A stretch of 64,000 nt of DNA, from positions 58,609 to 122,608 of the forward strand of contig JAURFU010000002.1 of the NCBI GenBank assembly GCA_030834165.1. The letters run 5' to 3'. The stretch is from Verrucomicrobiota bacterium. Its GTDB lineage: Bacteria > Verrucomicrobiota > Verrucomicrobiia > Opitutales > UBA953. This document shows, one piece after another, positions 46,209 through 56,775 of this stretch; the stretch's first letter is position 1; each line of letters begins with the position of its first letter. The notes under the pieces were generated by a model. That model ran no database searches, was not told the origin of the DNA, and was given only the letters and a program-made list of their open reading frames with translations. Position numbers and translations under genes: made by a program.

Positions 46209-46330
46209 GACTCCGTCATCTTGGCTCGATTTTCAGAGGTCGCAACGGTGAACCCCCTGCTAATGGCTCGCAACCCCGGGCGGCCCTGTCTGTCTTAACA
46301 CTGTCCGCGACCCCGCCCGGACTCAGCCCC
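46209..46330. promoter_or_regulatory. Divergent intergenic region that must carry promoters for 45156..46208 (-) and 46331..49315 (+)
   Basis: This is logical inference from the divergent gene orientation. I cannot place -35/-10 elements with confidence. It contains two CGCAAC(C/G)-type motifs, at about 46249 and 46270. Confidence 0.45.
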
Positions 46331-49315
46331 ATGCCGCGCCTTTCCCTCGCCCTACTGCTTGCCGGCCTCACCGCCCAAGCCACCGCCGTCGACTTCAACC
46401 GCGAGGTCCGACCGATCCTCGCCCAGCACTGCTTCGCGTGCCACGGCATGGACGAACATTCGCGCAAAGGGAAGCTCCGCCTCGACCTGCCGGAATCCGC
46501 CCACGGCCAAGGCAAGTCCGGTGAGATTGCGATCGTCCCCGGGCAGCCGGACAAGAGCGAAATCATCCACCGCATCTTCTCCGACGACCCGGAGGACGTG
46601 ATGCCGCCACCGGAGACCAAGAAACCCCTCTCCGCCAAGGACAAGGCGATCCTGCGCGCCTGGATCGCCGAAGGCGGCGTCTATCAGCCGCACTGGGCCT
46701 TCTCCGCTCCGCAGCAGGCGCCGCTCCCCAAGCCGGGCCTGCACCCCATCGATGCGTTCGTGCAAGCCCGTCTCGAACAGGCCGGCCTTAAGCCCTCGCC
46801 CGAAGCCGACCGCTACGCCCTCGTCCGCCGCGTGACGCTCGACCTCACCGGCGTCCCGCCGACGCCCGAAGAGGCCGACGCCTTCGTCGCGGACAAGTCT
46901 CCCGACGCCTATGAGAAGCTCGTCGACCGCCTGCTCGCTTCGCCGCGCTACGGCGAGCGCTGGGCCCGCCGCTGGCTCGACCTCGCCCGCTACGCCGACA
47001 CCAACGGTTTCGAGAAGGATCGTCCGCGCACGATCTGGCCCTATCGCGACTGGGTCGTGAAAGCCCTCAACGCGGACCTGCCTTACGATCAGTTCAGCAT
47101 CAGGCAGCTCGCCGGCGACCTCCTGCCCGGGGCCACGCCGGACGACCTCGTCGCCACGGGCTTCCATCGCAATACGATGCTCAACGAAGAAGGTGGCGCC
47201 GACCCCAACGAGTATCGCTACTACTCCATGGTGGACCGCGTCGGCGCGACGGGCGCGGCCTGGATGGGCCTGACGCTGAACTGCGCCCAGTGCCATACGC
47301 ACAAATATGACCCCGTGCTCCACACGGACTACTTCTCCGTGATGGCCCTGCTCAACAACGCCGACGAGCCGACCTACCACATCCCGCCGGCCGACCTCGA
47401 AGCCAGGCAGGCCGACCACGCCCGCCGCATCCGGGCCGCGGAGGAAGCCCTGGAAGGAAAGTTCCCCGGCGGGCCGGCGGCCGTCGAACAACGCTTCGGA
47501 GCATGGCTGGACCAGGAAAGCCCGCGCGCCTCCAAGTGGATGATCCTCCGTCCGACCAAGCTGAAGACCACCCTTCCCACCCTCGACGTGCAGCCCGACG
47601 GCTTCATCCTCGGCGGTGGCGACATCACCAAGAGCGACGTCTACGACCTGACCTTCGACCGCGCGATCAAGGGCGCCGTGGCCATCCGCCTCGAAGTCGC
47701 CTCGCATCCGCTCCTGCCTAACGACGGCCCGGGTCTGACGAACTACGAAGGCCCGCTCGGCGGCTTCTTCCTCAGCGAACTCCAGGCCTGGCAGGGCGAC
47801 CGTCGGCTGAAGTTCGACGACGCCACCGCGACCAACGACGAAGAAGAGGACCGCATCAGCGACGCCGCGGCGGCCCCCAAGGCGGCCAAGGCCGCGCCCA
47901 AGACGAAGGCCGCGAAGGCCAAGGCCAACCGCAAGAAGAACAACGCCTCCGCCGCGCTCGACGGCGAGATGTCCAGCGGTTGGCAGGTCCTCGGCGGCTA
48001 CGGCCAGAACCATGTCGCGGTCTTCCGCTTCGACCAGCCGACCGACCTCGCCGCCGGCTGGGCCCTCAAGATGCTCTTCGAAAAGCACTACGCCTGCCCC
48101 GTCGGCCATTTCCGCATCTCGGTGACCACGGACGAACAGGCCACCGCCACCGGACATCCCGCGGAAATCGAGGCCATGCTGGCCGGCAACGCCCCGCATG
48201 ACCTGCCGAAACTGCGTCAGCGCTTCCTCGAGACCGCCCCCGAACTGGCCGTCCACGCCAAGGCCCTCGCCAACCTCCGCAAGCAGATCCCCCGCGGCCA
48301 GCCCACGCTGGTCATGCGCGAGCGACCTGCCGCGCACCCGCGGCCGACCTTCCGCCATCACCGCGGCGAATACCTGAGCCCGAAGGAGGAAGTCCCGCCT
48401 GCGGTGCCGGCCTTCCTGCCTTCACTGCCCAACGACGCCCCCGCCAACCGCCTCACGTTCGCGCGCTGGCTCTTCGCGCCGGAGAACCCGCTCACGGCCC
48501 GCGTCGCGGTCAACCGCCAGTGGCAGGCCTTCTTCGGGCGCGGCTTCGTCGCCACCCTCGAGGACTTCGGCTACCAGAGCGAAGCCCCGACGCACCCCGA
48601 GCTGCTCGACTGGCTGGCCGTCGAATTCCGCCAGGGCGGCTGGTCGATGAAGAAGCTCCATCGTCTGATCGTGACCAGCGCGACGTACCGCCAGTCGTCG
48701 CGCGTCACCCCGGAGCTCGCCGCGAAGGACCGCGAGAACCTCCAGCTCGCCCGCGGCAGCCGCTTCCGTCTCGACGCCGAAGTCATCCGCGACGGCACGC
48801 TCCAGGCGGCCGGCCTGCTCTCCGCCAAGATGGGCGGACCCGGCGTCTTCCCGCCCCAGCCCGCCAGCGTCACCAGCGAAGGCACCTACGGACGCATCGA
48901 ATGGAAGCCCAGCGAAGGCGAAGACCGCTACCGCCGCTCGCTCTACACCTTCATCAAGCGCACCGCCCCGTTCGCCATGGCGACGACCTTCGACGCACCG
49001 ACCGGCGAATCGTGCGTCGCCCGCCGCGACGTCTCCAACAGCCCGCTCCAGGCGCTGACGCTCCTCAACGATGAGATGTTCATGGAGGCCGCCCGCGCCC
49101 TCGGCGCCAAGGCGATGACCGCCGCTTCGGACGACGAAGGCCGGCTGACCTTCGTCCTGCGCCGCTGCGTCACCCGCCCGCCCGCGCCGGACGAACTCGC
49201 CCTGATGAAGGGCTTCGTCGCCGCGCAGCGCGCCCGCAAAATCGCCGACCAGGACGTCTGGACCGCCGTCGCCCGCGCCGCCCTCAACCTCGACGAAAGC
49301 ATCGTGCATCCGTAA
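46331..49315 (+). CDS. PSCyt1/DUF1549/DUF1553-type heme-c protein, second copy
   Basis: It has a signal peptide and CFACH at 46430-46444 in FNREVRPILAQHCFACHGMD. Family blocks are RRVTLDLTGVPPT, RRWLDLARYADTNG, YRDWVV, LTLNCAQCHTHKYDP and NRQWQAFFGRG. It has an internal Lys/Ala-rich insert AAAPKAAKAAPKTKAAKAKANRKKNN at ~47861-47945. Confidence 0.9.
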   Translation: MPRLSLALLLAGLTAQATAVDFNREVRPILAQHCFACHGMDEHSRKGKLRLDLPESAHGQGKSGEIAIVPGQPDKSEIIHRIFSDDPEDVMPPPETKKPLSAKDKAILRAWIAEGGVYQPHWAFSAPQQAPLPKPGLHPIDAFVQARLEQAGLKPSPEADRYALVRRVTLDLTGVPPTPEEADAFVADKSPDAYEKLVDRLLASPRYGERWARRWLDLARYADTNGFEKDRPRTIWPYRDWVVKALNADLPYDQFSIRQLAGDLLPGATPDDLVATGFHRNTMLNEEGGADPNEYRYYSMVDRVGATGAAWMGLTLNCAQCHTHKYDPVLHTDYFSVMALLNNADEPTYHIPPADLEARQADHARRIRAAEEALEGKFPGGPAAVEQRFGAWLDQESPRASKWMILRPTKLKTTLPTLDVQPDGFILGGGDITKSDVYDLTFDRAIKGAVAIRLEVASHPLLPNDGPGLTNYEGPLGGFFLSELQAWQGDRRLKFDDATATNDEEEDRISDAAAAPKAAKAAPKTKAAKAKANRKKNNASAALDGEMSSGWQVLGGYGQNHVAVFRFDQPTDLAAGWALKMLFEKHYACPVGHFRISVTTDEQATATGHPAEIEAMLAGNAPHDLPKLRQRFLETAPELAVHAKALANLRKQIPRGQPTLVMRERPAAHPRPTFRHHRGEYLSPKEEVPPAVPAFLPSLPNDAPANRLTFARWLFAPENPLTARVAVNRQWQAFFGRGFVATLEDFGYQSEAPTHPELLDWLAVEFRQGGWSMKKLHRLIVTSATYRQSSRVTPELAAKDRENLQLARGSRFRLDAEVIRDGTLQAAGLLSAKMGGPGVFPPQPASVTSEGTYGRIEWKPSEGEDRYRRSLYTFIKRTAPFAMATTFDAPTGESCVARRDVSNSPLQALTLLNDEMFMEAARALGAKAMTAASDDEGRLTFVLRRCVTRPPAPDELALMKGFVAAQRARKIADQDVWTAVARAALNLDESIVHP

Positions 49316-49320
49316 AGAGT

Positions 49321-49471
49321 CGATGACCGATGACAGAGGGCCGATGACAGATCGATAAAACTCACCCACCCCCTAGAGCCTTCTCCATTCAGCCCTCAAC
49401 TCAGTCCTCAACTCAGTCCTCAATTCAGCCCTCCATCATCTGTCATCTGTCATCCTCCATCTGCCATCTTC
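49321..49471. repeat. Composite repeat: GATGACAG units, a 4x 12-mer tandem array, then an inverted (CATCTGT)5 heptamer array
   Basis: On the left are GATGACAGA (49329-49337) and GATGACAGAT (49343-49352). In the centre are TTCAGCCCTCAA CTCAGTCCTCAA CTCAGTCCTCAA TTCAGCCCTCCA (49388-49435). On the right are CATCTGT CATCTGT CATCCTC CATCTGC CATCTTC (49437-49471), ending 3 nt before ATG 49475. The left and right units are reverse complements. Confidence 0.85.
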
Positions 49472-49474
49472 CCC

Positions 49475-50896
<1,422 letters not shown>

Positions 50897-50982
50897 AGGA
50901 GGGCCGGAGCTAGGGCTAGGGCTGGGGCCAGGCTGCATGCTTATTCTCGCAACCCGGGGTGGTTTCCGTTGTCAGTAAGGGT

Positions 50983-52545
50983 ATGCGCGCCCCCCGCTTC
51001 CTCCCCCTGTTGCTCGCCGTCCTGGCCGGCTGTTCCACCCTTTTCGCCGCCGGCTTCCGCCTGGCCGCGCCGATCTCGGACCACATGGTCCTGCAGCGCG
51101 AGAAGCCCGTCGCCGTCTGGGGCTGGGCCGACGCGGGGGAGTCCGTGACGGTCGCCTTCGCGGGTCAGACGAAATCCGCCACCGCCGGCGCCGACGGCAA
51201 GTGGACGCTGAAGCTCGACGCCCTGCCCGCCTCCGCCGAACCGCGCACGCTCGTGGTCACCGGCAAGGACGGACATAAGCTCGAAGTACGGGACATCCTC
51301 GTCGGCGAAGTCTGGCTCGGCTCCGGCCAGTCCAACATGGCGATGACCGTCGCCGGCTGCAATCGCTTCCCCGAAGAGAAGGCCGCCGCGAAATATCCGC
51401 TGATCCGTCACTACCGCGAAAGCTCATCCCACGCCGCGGAGCCTCAGGCGGAAGGCAAAGGCGCCTGGCAGGCGTGCACCCCTGACAACGTCGGAGGTTT
51501 CTCCGCGGTGCTCTACTTCTTCGGCCGCGAGATCCACCGCGAGACCGGCGTCCCGGTCGGCCTGATCAACACCTCCGTCGGCGGCACGCCGATCGAATCC
51601 TGGGTCGCCGCCGAGACGCAGTCCTCCGATCCGGAGACCAAGGCGAATTTCGACACCCGGCTGAAGGACTACCTCGCCTTCGACGAAACCAAGGCCGGCG
51701 ACCTGCACAAGAAACAGATGGCGACCTGGAAGGCGGCGGTCGCCAAGGCCAAGGCCGAGGGTAAGAGCTTCGTCACGCCCGCGCCCAAGGACCCGCTGGC
51801 CATGCGCCGCTTCAAAGGCGGGCCGGCCGGCCTCTACAACGGCAAGGTCGCCAACCTCGCGCCCTACACGCTGCGCGGCATGCTCTGGTATCAGGGCGAA
51901 GGCAACGCCGGCAACCCGGGCCTTTATGAAAAGCAGCTCAGCCAGCTGGTGACGAGCTGGCGCAAGCTCTGGCAGGACGAAGTTCCGTTCGCCTGGGTGC
52001 AGCTGCCCAACTACCGCGACTCCGACTCCGAAAGCTGGCCGCGCGTGCGCGAATCGATGATGAAAGTGCTCGCGCTGCCGAAGACCGGCATGGCCATCAC
52101 GATCGACATCGGCGACCCGAAGGACATCCACCCGAAGAACAAGCAGGACGTCGGGCTCCGCCTCTCCTACTGGGCGCTGGCTTCCGTCTACGGGCGCAAG
52201 GTCCCCGCGATCAGCGGCCCCCTGCCCGCCGGCGACAAGGCCGAAGGTTCCTCCGTCCGCGTTTCGTTCAAGCATGCCGAAGGACTCAAGACCCGCGACG
52301 GCGGAGCGGTGCGCGGCTTCCGCGTCGCCGGCGCCGACAAGGTCTGGAAGCCGGCCATGGCCCGCATCGAAGGCGCCGAAGTCGTCGTGAGCAGCCCCGA
52401 AGTGCCCGCCCCCGTGGCGGTCCGTTACGCCTGGGCCGAGAACCCGGACTGCAACCTCGTGAACGGCGCCGGACTGCCCGCCACGAGCTTCCGGACCGAC
52501 GACTGGGAAGTTCCGGGCGCCCCTGCGACCAAGCGGAAGAAGTAA
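50983..52545 (+). CDS. Lipoprotein, sialate O-acetylesterase-like (SASA/DUF303 family carbohydrate esterase)
   Basis: I preferred ATG 50983 to the GTG 50959 track start. It has a lipobox (VLAGC) and the family-typical SDHMVLQREKPVAVWG and GEVWLGSGQSNM (catalytic Ser block). The tail is PATKRKK. Confidence 0.8.
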   Translation: MRAPRFLPLLLAVLAGCSTLFAAGFRLAAPISDHMVLQREKPVAVWGWADAGESVTVAFAGQTKSATAGADGKWTLKLDALPASAEPRTLVVTGKDGHKLEVRDILVGEVWLGSGQSNMAMTVAGCNRFPEEKAAAKYPLIRHYRESSSHAAEPQAEGKGAWQACTPDNVGGFSAVLYFFGREIHRETGVPVGLINTSVGGTPIESWVAAETQSSDPETKANFDTRLKDYLAFDETKAGDLHKKQMATWKAAVAKAKAEGKSFVTPAPKDPLAMRRFKGGPAGLYNGKVANLAPYTLRGMLWYQGEGNAGNPGLYEKQLSQLVTSWRKLWQDEVPFAWVQLPNYRDSDSESWPRVRESMMKVLALPKTGMAITIDIGDPKDIHPKNKQDVGLRLSYWALASVYGRKVPAISGPLPAGDKAEGSSVRVSFKHAEGLKTRDGGAVRGFRVAGADKVWKPAMARIEGAEVVVSSPEVPAPVAVRYAWAENPDCNLVNGAGLPATSFRTDDWEVPGAPATKRKK

Positions 52546-52626
52546 GCCGAGTTCTTCGGTCGGTCCGGGGCAAACCGGGGGGTTCGCCTTGCAACCCAGG
52601 TGCTTTTGGCCTGTCTTAAATCCTGC

Positions 52627-55191
52627 ATGAAGACCCCGCTTGCCGCCCTTGCTCTGCTTGTCGGAGCTACCTCCGCCTTCGCCCTCAACAAGGGCAACGC
52701 CGGACCGACCGAGGTCATCCTCAAGCACCACCTGCCCGCCCCCGCCCCGCTCACGCCCGAGCAAGCCCTGAAGACCTTCCGCCTTCCTCCGGGCTACCGC
52801 ATCGAACTCGTCGCCGCCGAACCGCTGATCGAGACCCCGGTGTCCATCAGCTTCGACGACCAAGGACGCATGTTCGTCGTCGAGATGCGCGGCTACATGC
52901 GCGACCTCGACAGCACGACGGAGAAGGAACCCTCCGGCCGCGTCTCGCTGCTCACCGACGTCGACGGCGACGGCCGCATGGACAAGGCGACGGCCTTCGC
53001 CGACAAGCTCGTCATGCCGCGCGCGGTCATGCCCGTGGCCGGCGGCGCCCTCGTCGCCGAACCGCCGAATCTTTTCTTCTGCAAGGACACGAAGGGCAAC
53101 GGGGTCGCCGACCAACGCACGGTCGTGACCGCCGACTTCGGCACCTTCGGCGGCCAGCCCGAACACATGGCCAACTCCCCGACCTGGGCCATGGACAACC
53201 GCATCTACGCCGCCGGCTACGGCACCAGCTTCCGCTACCAGCAAGGCGCCTGGCAGCGCGGCCCCGGCCTCGGCCGCGGCCAGTGGGGCCTGTGCCAGGA
53301 CGACGCCGGCCGTCTGTTCTTCAACTACAACTCCGACCTGCTGCGCGCCGACCTCCTGCCCGCGGCGGCCTTCGCCCGCAATCCGCTGCTGCGCACGGCC
53401 TCGTCCGTGAACTTCCAGGTGATGAAGGACCAATCGGTCTATCCCTCCCACCCCACCCCGGGCGTCAACCGCGGCTATGACGCCAAGACGCTCCGCGAAG
53501 ACGGCACGCTCGCCCGCGCGACCTCCACCTGCGGCGCCGTCGTCTATCGCGGCGACGCGCTGCCGGCCGACTGCCGCGGCGACGCCTTCGTCCCGGAGCC
53601 TTCCTCCAACCTGGTGAAGCGCCTCAAGCTCGCCGAAAAGGACGGCGTGCTGACCGCGACCGACGTCTACCCGGAAAAGGAGTTCCTGACCTCGACCGAC
53701 GAGCGCTTCCGCCCCGTGATGATGGCCAACGGACCCGACGGCGCCCTCTACGTCGTCGACATGTATCGCGGCGTGATCCAGCACCCGGCCTTCCTCACGC
53801 ACTACCTGATCGCCAACATCAAGGAGCGTCAGCTGATGGAACCGCTCGGCGGCGGCCGCATCTGGCGCATCGTGCGCGACGACCAGCCCGCGCCCAAGGC
53901 CGCCAAGCTGCCGGCCGACGGCGCCGCCCGCGTCAAGCTTCTGGCCAGCCCCAACGGCTGGACGCGCGACACCGCGCAACGCCTGCTGGTCGAAGCCGGT
54001 GACCCGAGCGTCGCGCCCGCCCTGCGCGCGCTCCTCGCCGACGCCGCCGCGCCGGCGGTGGCCCGCCTGCACGCGCTCTGGACCCTCGATGGCCTCGCCG
54101 CCGTGACCGCGGAGGACATCCGTTCGGCGCTCCGCGACCGCGACGTCCAGGTGCGCGCCGCCGCCGTGCGCGTGGCTTCGGCCGAGCTCCTGCCCGACCT
54201 GATCGCGGCCAAGGACGACGCCGCTCCGCTCGTCCTCGCCCACCTCGCGATCCGCCTCTCGGCCGTCGATCAGCCTGCGGCTGACCAAGCCTTGGCCGCG
54301 CTGCTCGCGCGCCACGGCCAGAACGCGCTGATCCGCGAAGGCGCGCTCTCCGGCGCCCGCGGGCGCGAAGTCGCCCTCGCCCAGGCGGTCGCCGCGGCGG
54401 CCACGCGCGACAACCTCTCGCAGACCGGACCCGTCCTCGAAGCCCTCGCCGCGCTGGTCTCCCAGGCCGGCAAGGCCGGTCCCTTCGAGCAGATGCTCGG
54501 CGTGGCCCTCCTCCTCGACGATCGCAGCAGCCAGCGCGACGCCGTGCTGCGCGGCCTCGACCAGACGATCCGCGACGCCAAGACCAAGAAGACCACCCCG
54601 CTGAAGACGATCTGGCTCAGCAGCGAACCCGACGCCCTCGCCAAGTTGCGCGGATCGGCGAAGGCCGGCGCCGGCCTCACCCACCTGACCTCCCTCTCCT
54701 CCCGACTGGCCTGGATGGGCAAGCCCGGCGCCCCGGCGCCGCCCAAGGTCACCGCCTTCACCGAAGCGGAGCTCGCCCGCTTCGAGAAAGGCAAAGTCAT
54801 CTTCACCTCGCTCTGCGCGCCCTGCCACCAGCCGCACGGTTACGGACTCGACGGCCTTGCGCCGCCCCTCGTCGACAGCGACTGGGTCCTCGGCAAGCCG
54901 GACGTGACGGCGAAGATCGTCCTCAACGGACTCGGTGGTCCGGTCAAGGTGGGCAACCGCACCTGGGACCTTTCGATGCCGCCGATGGGCATGCTGAACG
55001 ACGAAGAGGTCGCGAGCGTCCTGACCTACGTCCGTCGCGAATGGGAACATAACGCCTCGCCGGTCGACGCCAAGTTCGTCGCCGGCGTCCGCAAGCAGAG
55101 CGAGGATCATCCGAACTCCTGGACCGCCGACGAACTCCGTCCGCCGACGAAGAAACCGGCTAAAGGCGCCAAGGGAACCGCCTCCCGCTGA
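52627..55191 (+). CDS. Pirellula/Verrucomicrobium-type putative membrane-bound dehydrogenase domain + HEAT-like repeats + C-terminal heme-c domain
   Basis: It has a signal peptide and the N-terminal block FRLPPGYRIELVAAEPLIETPVSISFDDQGRMFVVEM. A central Ala/Leu-rich helical repeat region follows. CAPCH is at 54814-54828 in FTSLCAPCHQPHG. The tail is PPTKKPAKGAKGTASR. Confidence 0.85.
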   Translation: MKTPLAALALLVGATSAFALNKGNAGPTEVILKHHLPAPAPLTPEQALKTFRLPPGYRIELVAAEPLIETPVSISFDDQGRMFVVEMRGYMRDLDSTTEKEPSGRVSLLTDVDGDGRMDKATAFADKLVMPRAVMPVAGGALVAEPPNLFFCKDTKGNGVADQRTVVTADFGTFGGQPEHMANSPTWAMDNRIYAAGYGTSFRYQQGAWQRGPGLGRGQWGLCQDDAGRLFFNYNSDLLRADLLPAAAFARNPLLRTASSVNFQVMKDQSVYPSHPTPGVNRGYDAKTLREDGTLARATSTCGAVVYRGDALPADCRGDAFVPEPSSNLVKRLKLAEKDGVLTATDVYPEKEFLTSTDERFRPVMMANGPDGALYVVDMYRGVIQHPAFLTHYLIANIKERQLMEPLGGGRIWRIVRDDQPAPKAAKLPADGAARVKLLASPNGWTRDTAQRLLVEAGDPSVAPALRALLADAAAPAVARLHALWTLDGLAAVTAEDIRSALRDRDVQVRAAAVRVASAELLPDLIAAKDDAAPLVLAHLAIRLSAVDQPAADQALAALLARHGQNALIREGALSGARGREVALAQAVAAAATRDNLSQTGPVLEALAALVSQAGKAGPFEQMLGVALLLDDRSSQRDAVLRGLDQTIRDAKTKKTTPLKTIWLSSEPDALAKLRGSAKAGAGLTHLTSLSSRLAWMGKPGAPAPPKVTAFTEAELARFEKGKVIFTSLCAPCHQPHGYGLDGLAPPLVDSDWVLGKPDVTAKIVLNGLGGPVKVGNRTWDLSMPPMGMLNDEEVASVLTYVRREWEHNASPVDAKFVAGVRKQSEDHPNSWTADELRPPTKKPAKGAKGTASR

Positions 55192-55197
55192 GCCGCC

Positions 55198-56772
55198 ATG
55201 AAGACCTGCCGTCTGCTGCTCGCCTTGTTGTCCCTCGGCGCGACGACGCTCGGCGCGACCAAGCCCAACATCGTCGTCATCCTGGTCGATGACATGGGTT
55301 TCTCCGACCTGGGCTGCTACGGAGGCGAAATCCCCACCCCCCACCTCGATGCGCTGGCCAAAGGGGGCCTCCGTTTCACCCAGTTCTACAACACCGCCCG
55401 CTGCTGCCCGACCCGCGCTTCGCTGCTGACCGGCCTTTACCCCCATCAGACGGGCGTCGGCCACATGACCGAAGATCGCGGTCTGTCCGGCTACGCCGGA
55501 CGCCTCAGCGACCGGTGCGTGACGACGGCCGAAGTGCTGCGCCCGGCCGGCTACTTCACCGCGATGGCGGGGAAATGGCATGTCGGCCAGAACCACGGGG
55601 TTACCCCGAAGTCCCGCGGTTTCGAACGCAGCCTGAACGCCGCCGCCGGCGGCTTCTATTTCTCCCAGTCCGCGCGCGCCGACCTCTTCCTCGACGGCGA
55701 GCCGCTCGCCAAGGACGACGCCCGGCTGCCGAAGGACTGGTACAGCACCGACCTTTGGACGACCTACGGGCTCAAGTTCATCGACGAAGCGCTGGCCGCC
55801 AAGAAGCCTTTCTACCTCCATCTCTGCCACAACGCGCCGCACTTCCCCTTGCAGGCGCCCAAGGCGGAGATCGAGAAATTCCTCGGCCGATACCAGCTAG
55901 GCTGGGATGAGGTCCGCGCCCGGCGTCACGCCCGGCAGGTGGAGATGGGCCTGATCGACAAGGACTGGGCCGCTTCCGCGCGACCGGATGCGATCAAAGC
56001 CTGGAAAGACGTCCCCGCCGACGAGCAGCGGCGTTTCGACCACCTGATGGCGACTTACGCCGCCGTCGTGCATCGCATGGACCGGTCCGTCGGCGACCTC
56101 GTCGCCGGCCTCAGGCAGCGAGGCGTGCTCGACGACACCCTCATCCTCTTCATGAGCGACAACGGCGGCAACGCCGAAGCCGGCGCGAAAGGACGCACCG
56201 AAGGCGACCCGACCTCGGCCCAGTCACAATGGTTCTGCGGCGAAAGCTGGGCCTACGCCCAGAACACCCCGTTCCGTCTCTACAAGCACTTCAACCATGA
56301 GGGCGGCATCAGCACTCCGCTCATCGCGCATTGGCCCGCCGGCATCGCCGCGCGGAACGAGCTCCGCCGGCAGCCCGGACACGTCATCGACGTCATGGCG
56401 ACGTTGGTCGAAGTCGCCGGCGCCGCCTACCCTGAGGAATTCAAAGGCCAGCCCGTCCTGCCCATGGAAGGCCGCAGCCTCGTGCCCGCCTTCGCCGACC
56501 GGGAAATCGCGCGCGAGGCCCTCTTCTGGGAACACGAAGGCAACGCCGCCGTGCGCCAAGGCGACCTCAAGCTCGTCCGTCGGGGTCGCGGCGGGCCTTG
56601 GGAGCTTTACGACCTGAGCACCGATCGCACCGAACGACATGACCTCGCCGCCGACCAGCCGGACAAGGTCAAGGCCCTGGCGGGGCTCTGGCATGCCTGG
56701 GCCGAACGCGCCCAAGTGTCACCTGCGCCGGGCGACGGCGCCGCGAAGAAGAAGAAAGCGAAGAAGAAATAA
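55198..56772 (+). CDS. Secreted arylsulfatase-type Cys sulfatase
   Basis: It has a signal peptide, PNIVVILVDDMGFSDLGCYGGEI, CCPTRASLLTGLY, GKWHVG and MSDNGGN. The tail is AAKKKKAKKK. Confidence 0.9.
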   Translation: MKTCRLLLALLSLGATTLGATKPNIVVILVDDMGFSDLGCYGGEIPTPHLDALAKGGLRFTQFYNTARCCPTRASLLTGLYPHQTGVGHMTEDRGLSGYAGRLSDRCVTTAEVLRPAGYFTAMAGKWHVGQNHGVTPKSRGFERSLNAAAGGFYFSQSARADLFLDGEPLAKDDARLPKDWYSTDLWTTYGLKFIDEALAAKKPFYLHLCHNAPHFPLQAPKAEIEKFLGRYQLGWDEVRARRHARQVEMGLIDKDWAASARPDAIKAWKDVPADEQRRFDHLMATYAAVVHRMDRSVGDLVAGLRQRGVLDDTLILFMSDNGGNAEAGAKGRTEGDPTSAQSQWFCGESWAYAQNTPFRLYKHFNHEGGISTPLIAHWPAGIAARNELRRQPGHVIDVMATLVEVAGAAYPEEFKGQPVLPMEGRSLVPAFADREIAREALFWEHEGNAAVRQGDLKLVRRGRGGPWELYDLSTDRTERHDLAADQPDKVKALAGLWHAWAERAQVSPAPGDGAAKKKKAKKK

Positions 56773-56775
56773 GCC

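Noticed and set aside
46240-46285. A recurring (T/C)CGCAACC-like motif upstream of several genes, at about 15785, 46249, 46270, 50947 and 52590, considered as an ECF-type -35 box. GAACC-like variants occur at 36614, 39531 and 62957.
   Set aside because: The distance to the start codons varies from about 20 to 100 nt. No consistent -10 partner is seen, and the motif is short for a 64-kb high-GC window. It needs a genome-wide motif search before being called.
45198-46298. The + strand ORF (366 aa), which would keep the whole window co-directional.
   Set aside because: Its translation is low-complexity Arg/Pro/Gly-rich without motifs. The minus-strand frame has a signal peptide and a GHSLGG nucleophile elbow with alpha/beta-hydrolase context.
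49388-49435. Tandem 12-mers and heptamers considered as a possible CRISPR array.
   Set aside because: The units are 7-12 nt and directly abutting, with no spacers. There are no cas genes in the window. It is a micro/minisatellite, not a CRISPR array.
51424-55842. Longest ORF in the track (1472 aa, minus strand), spanning three + strand genes.
   Set aside because: It crosses the boundaries of three well-supported + strand genes (esterase, heme-dehydrogenase, sulfatase). It has no recognisable domain and shows antisense-of-GC3 composition. I treat it as an artefact.
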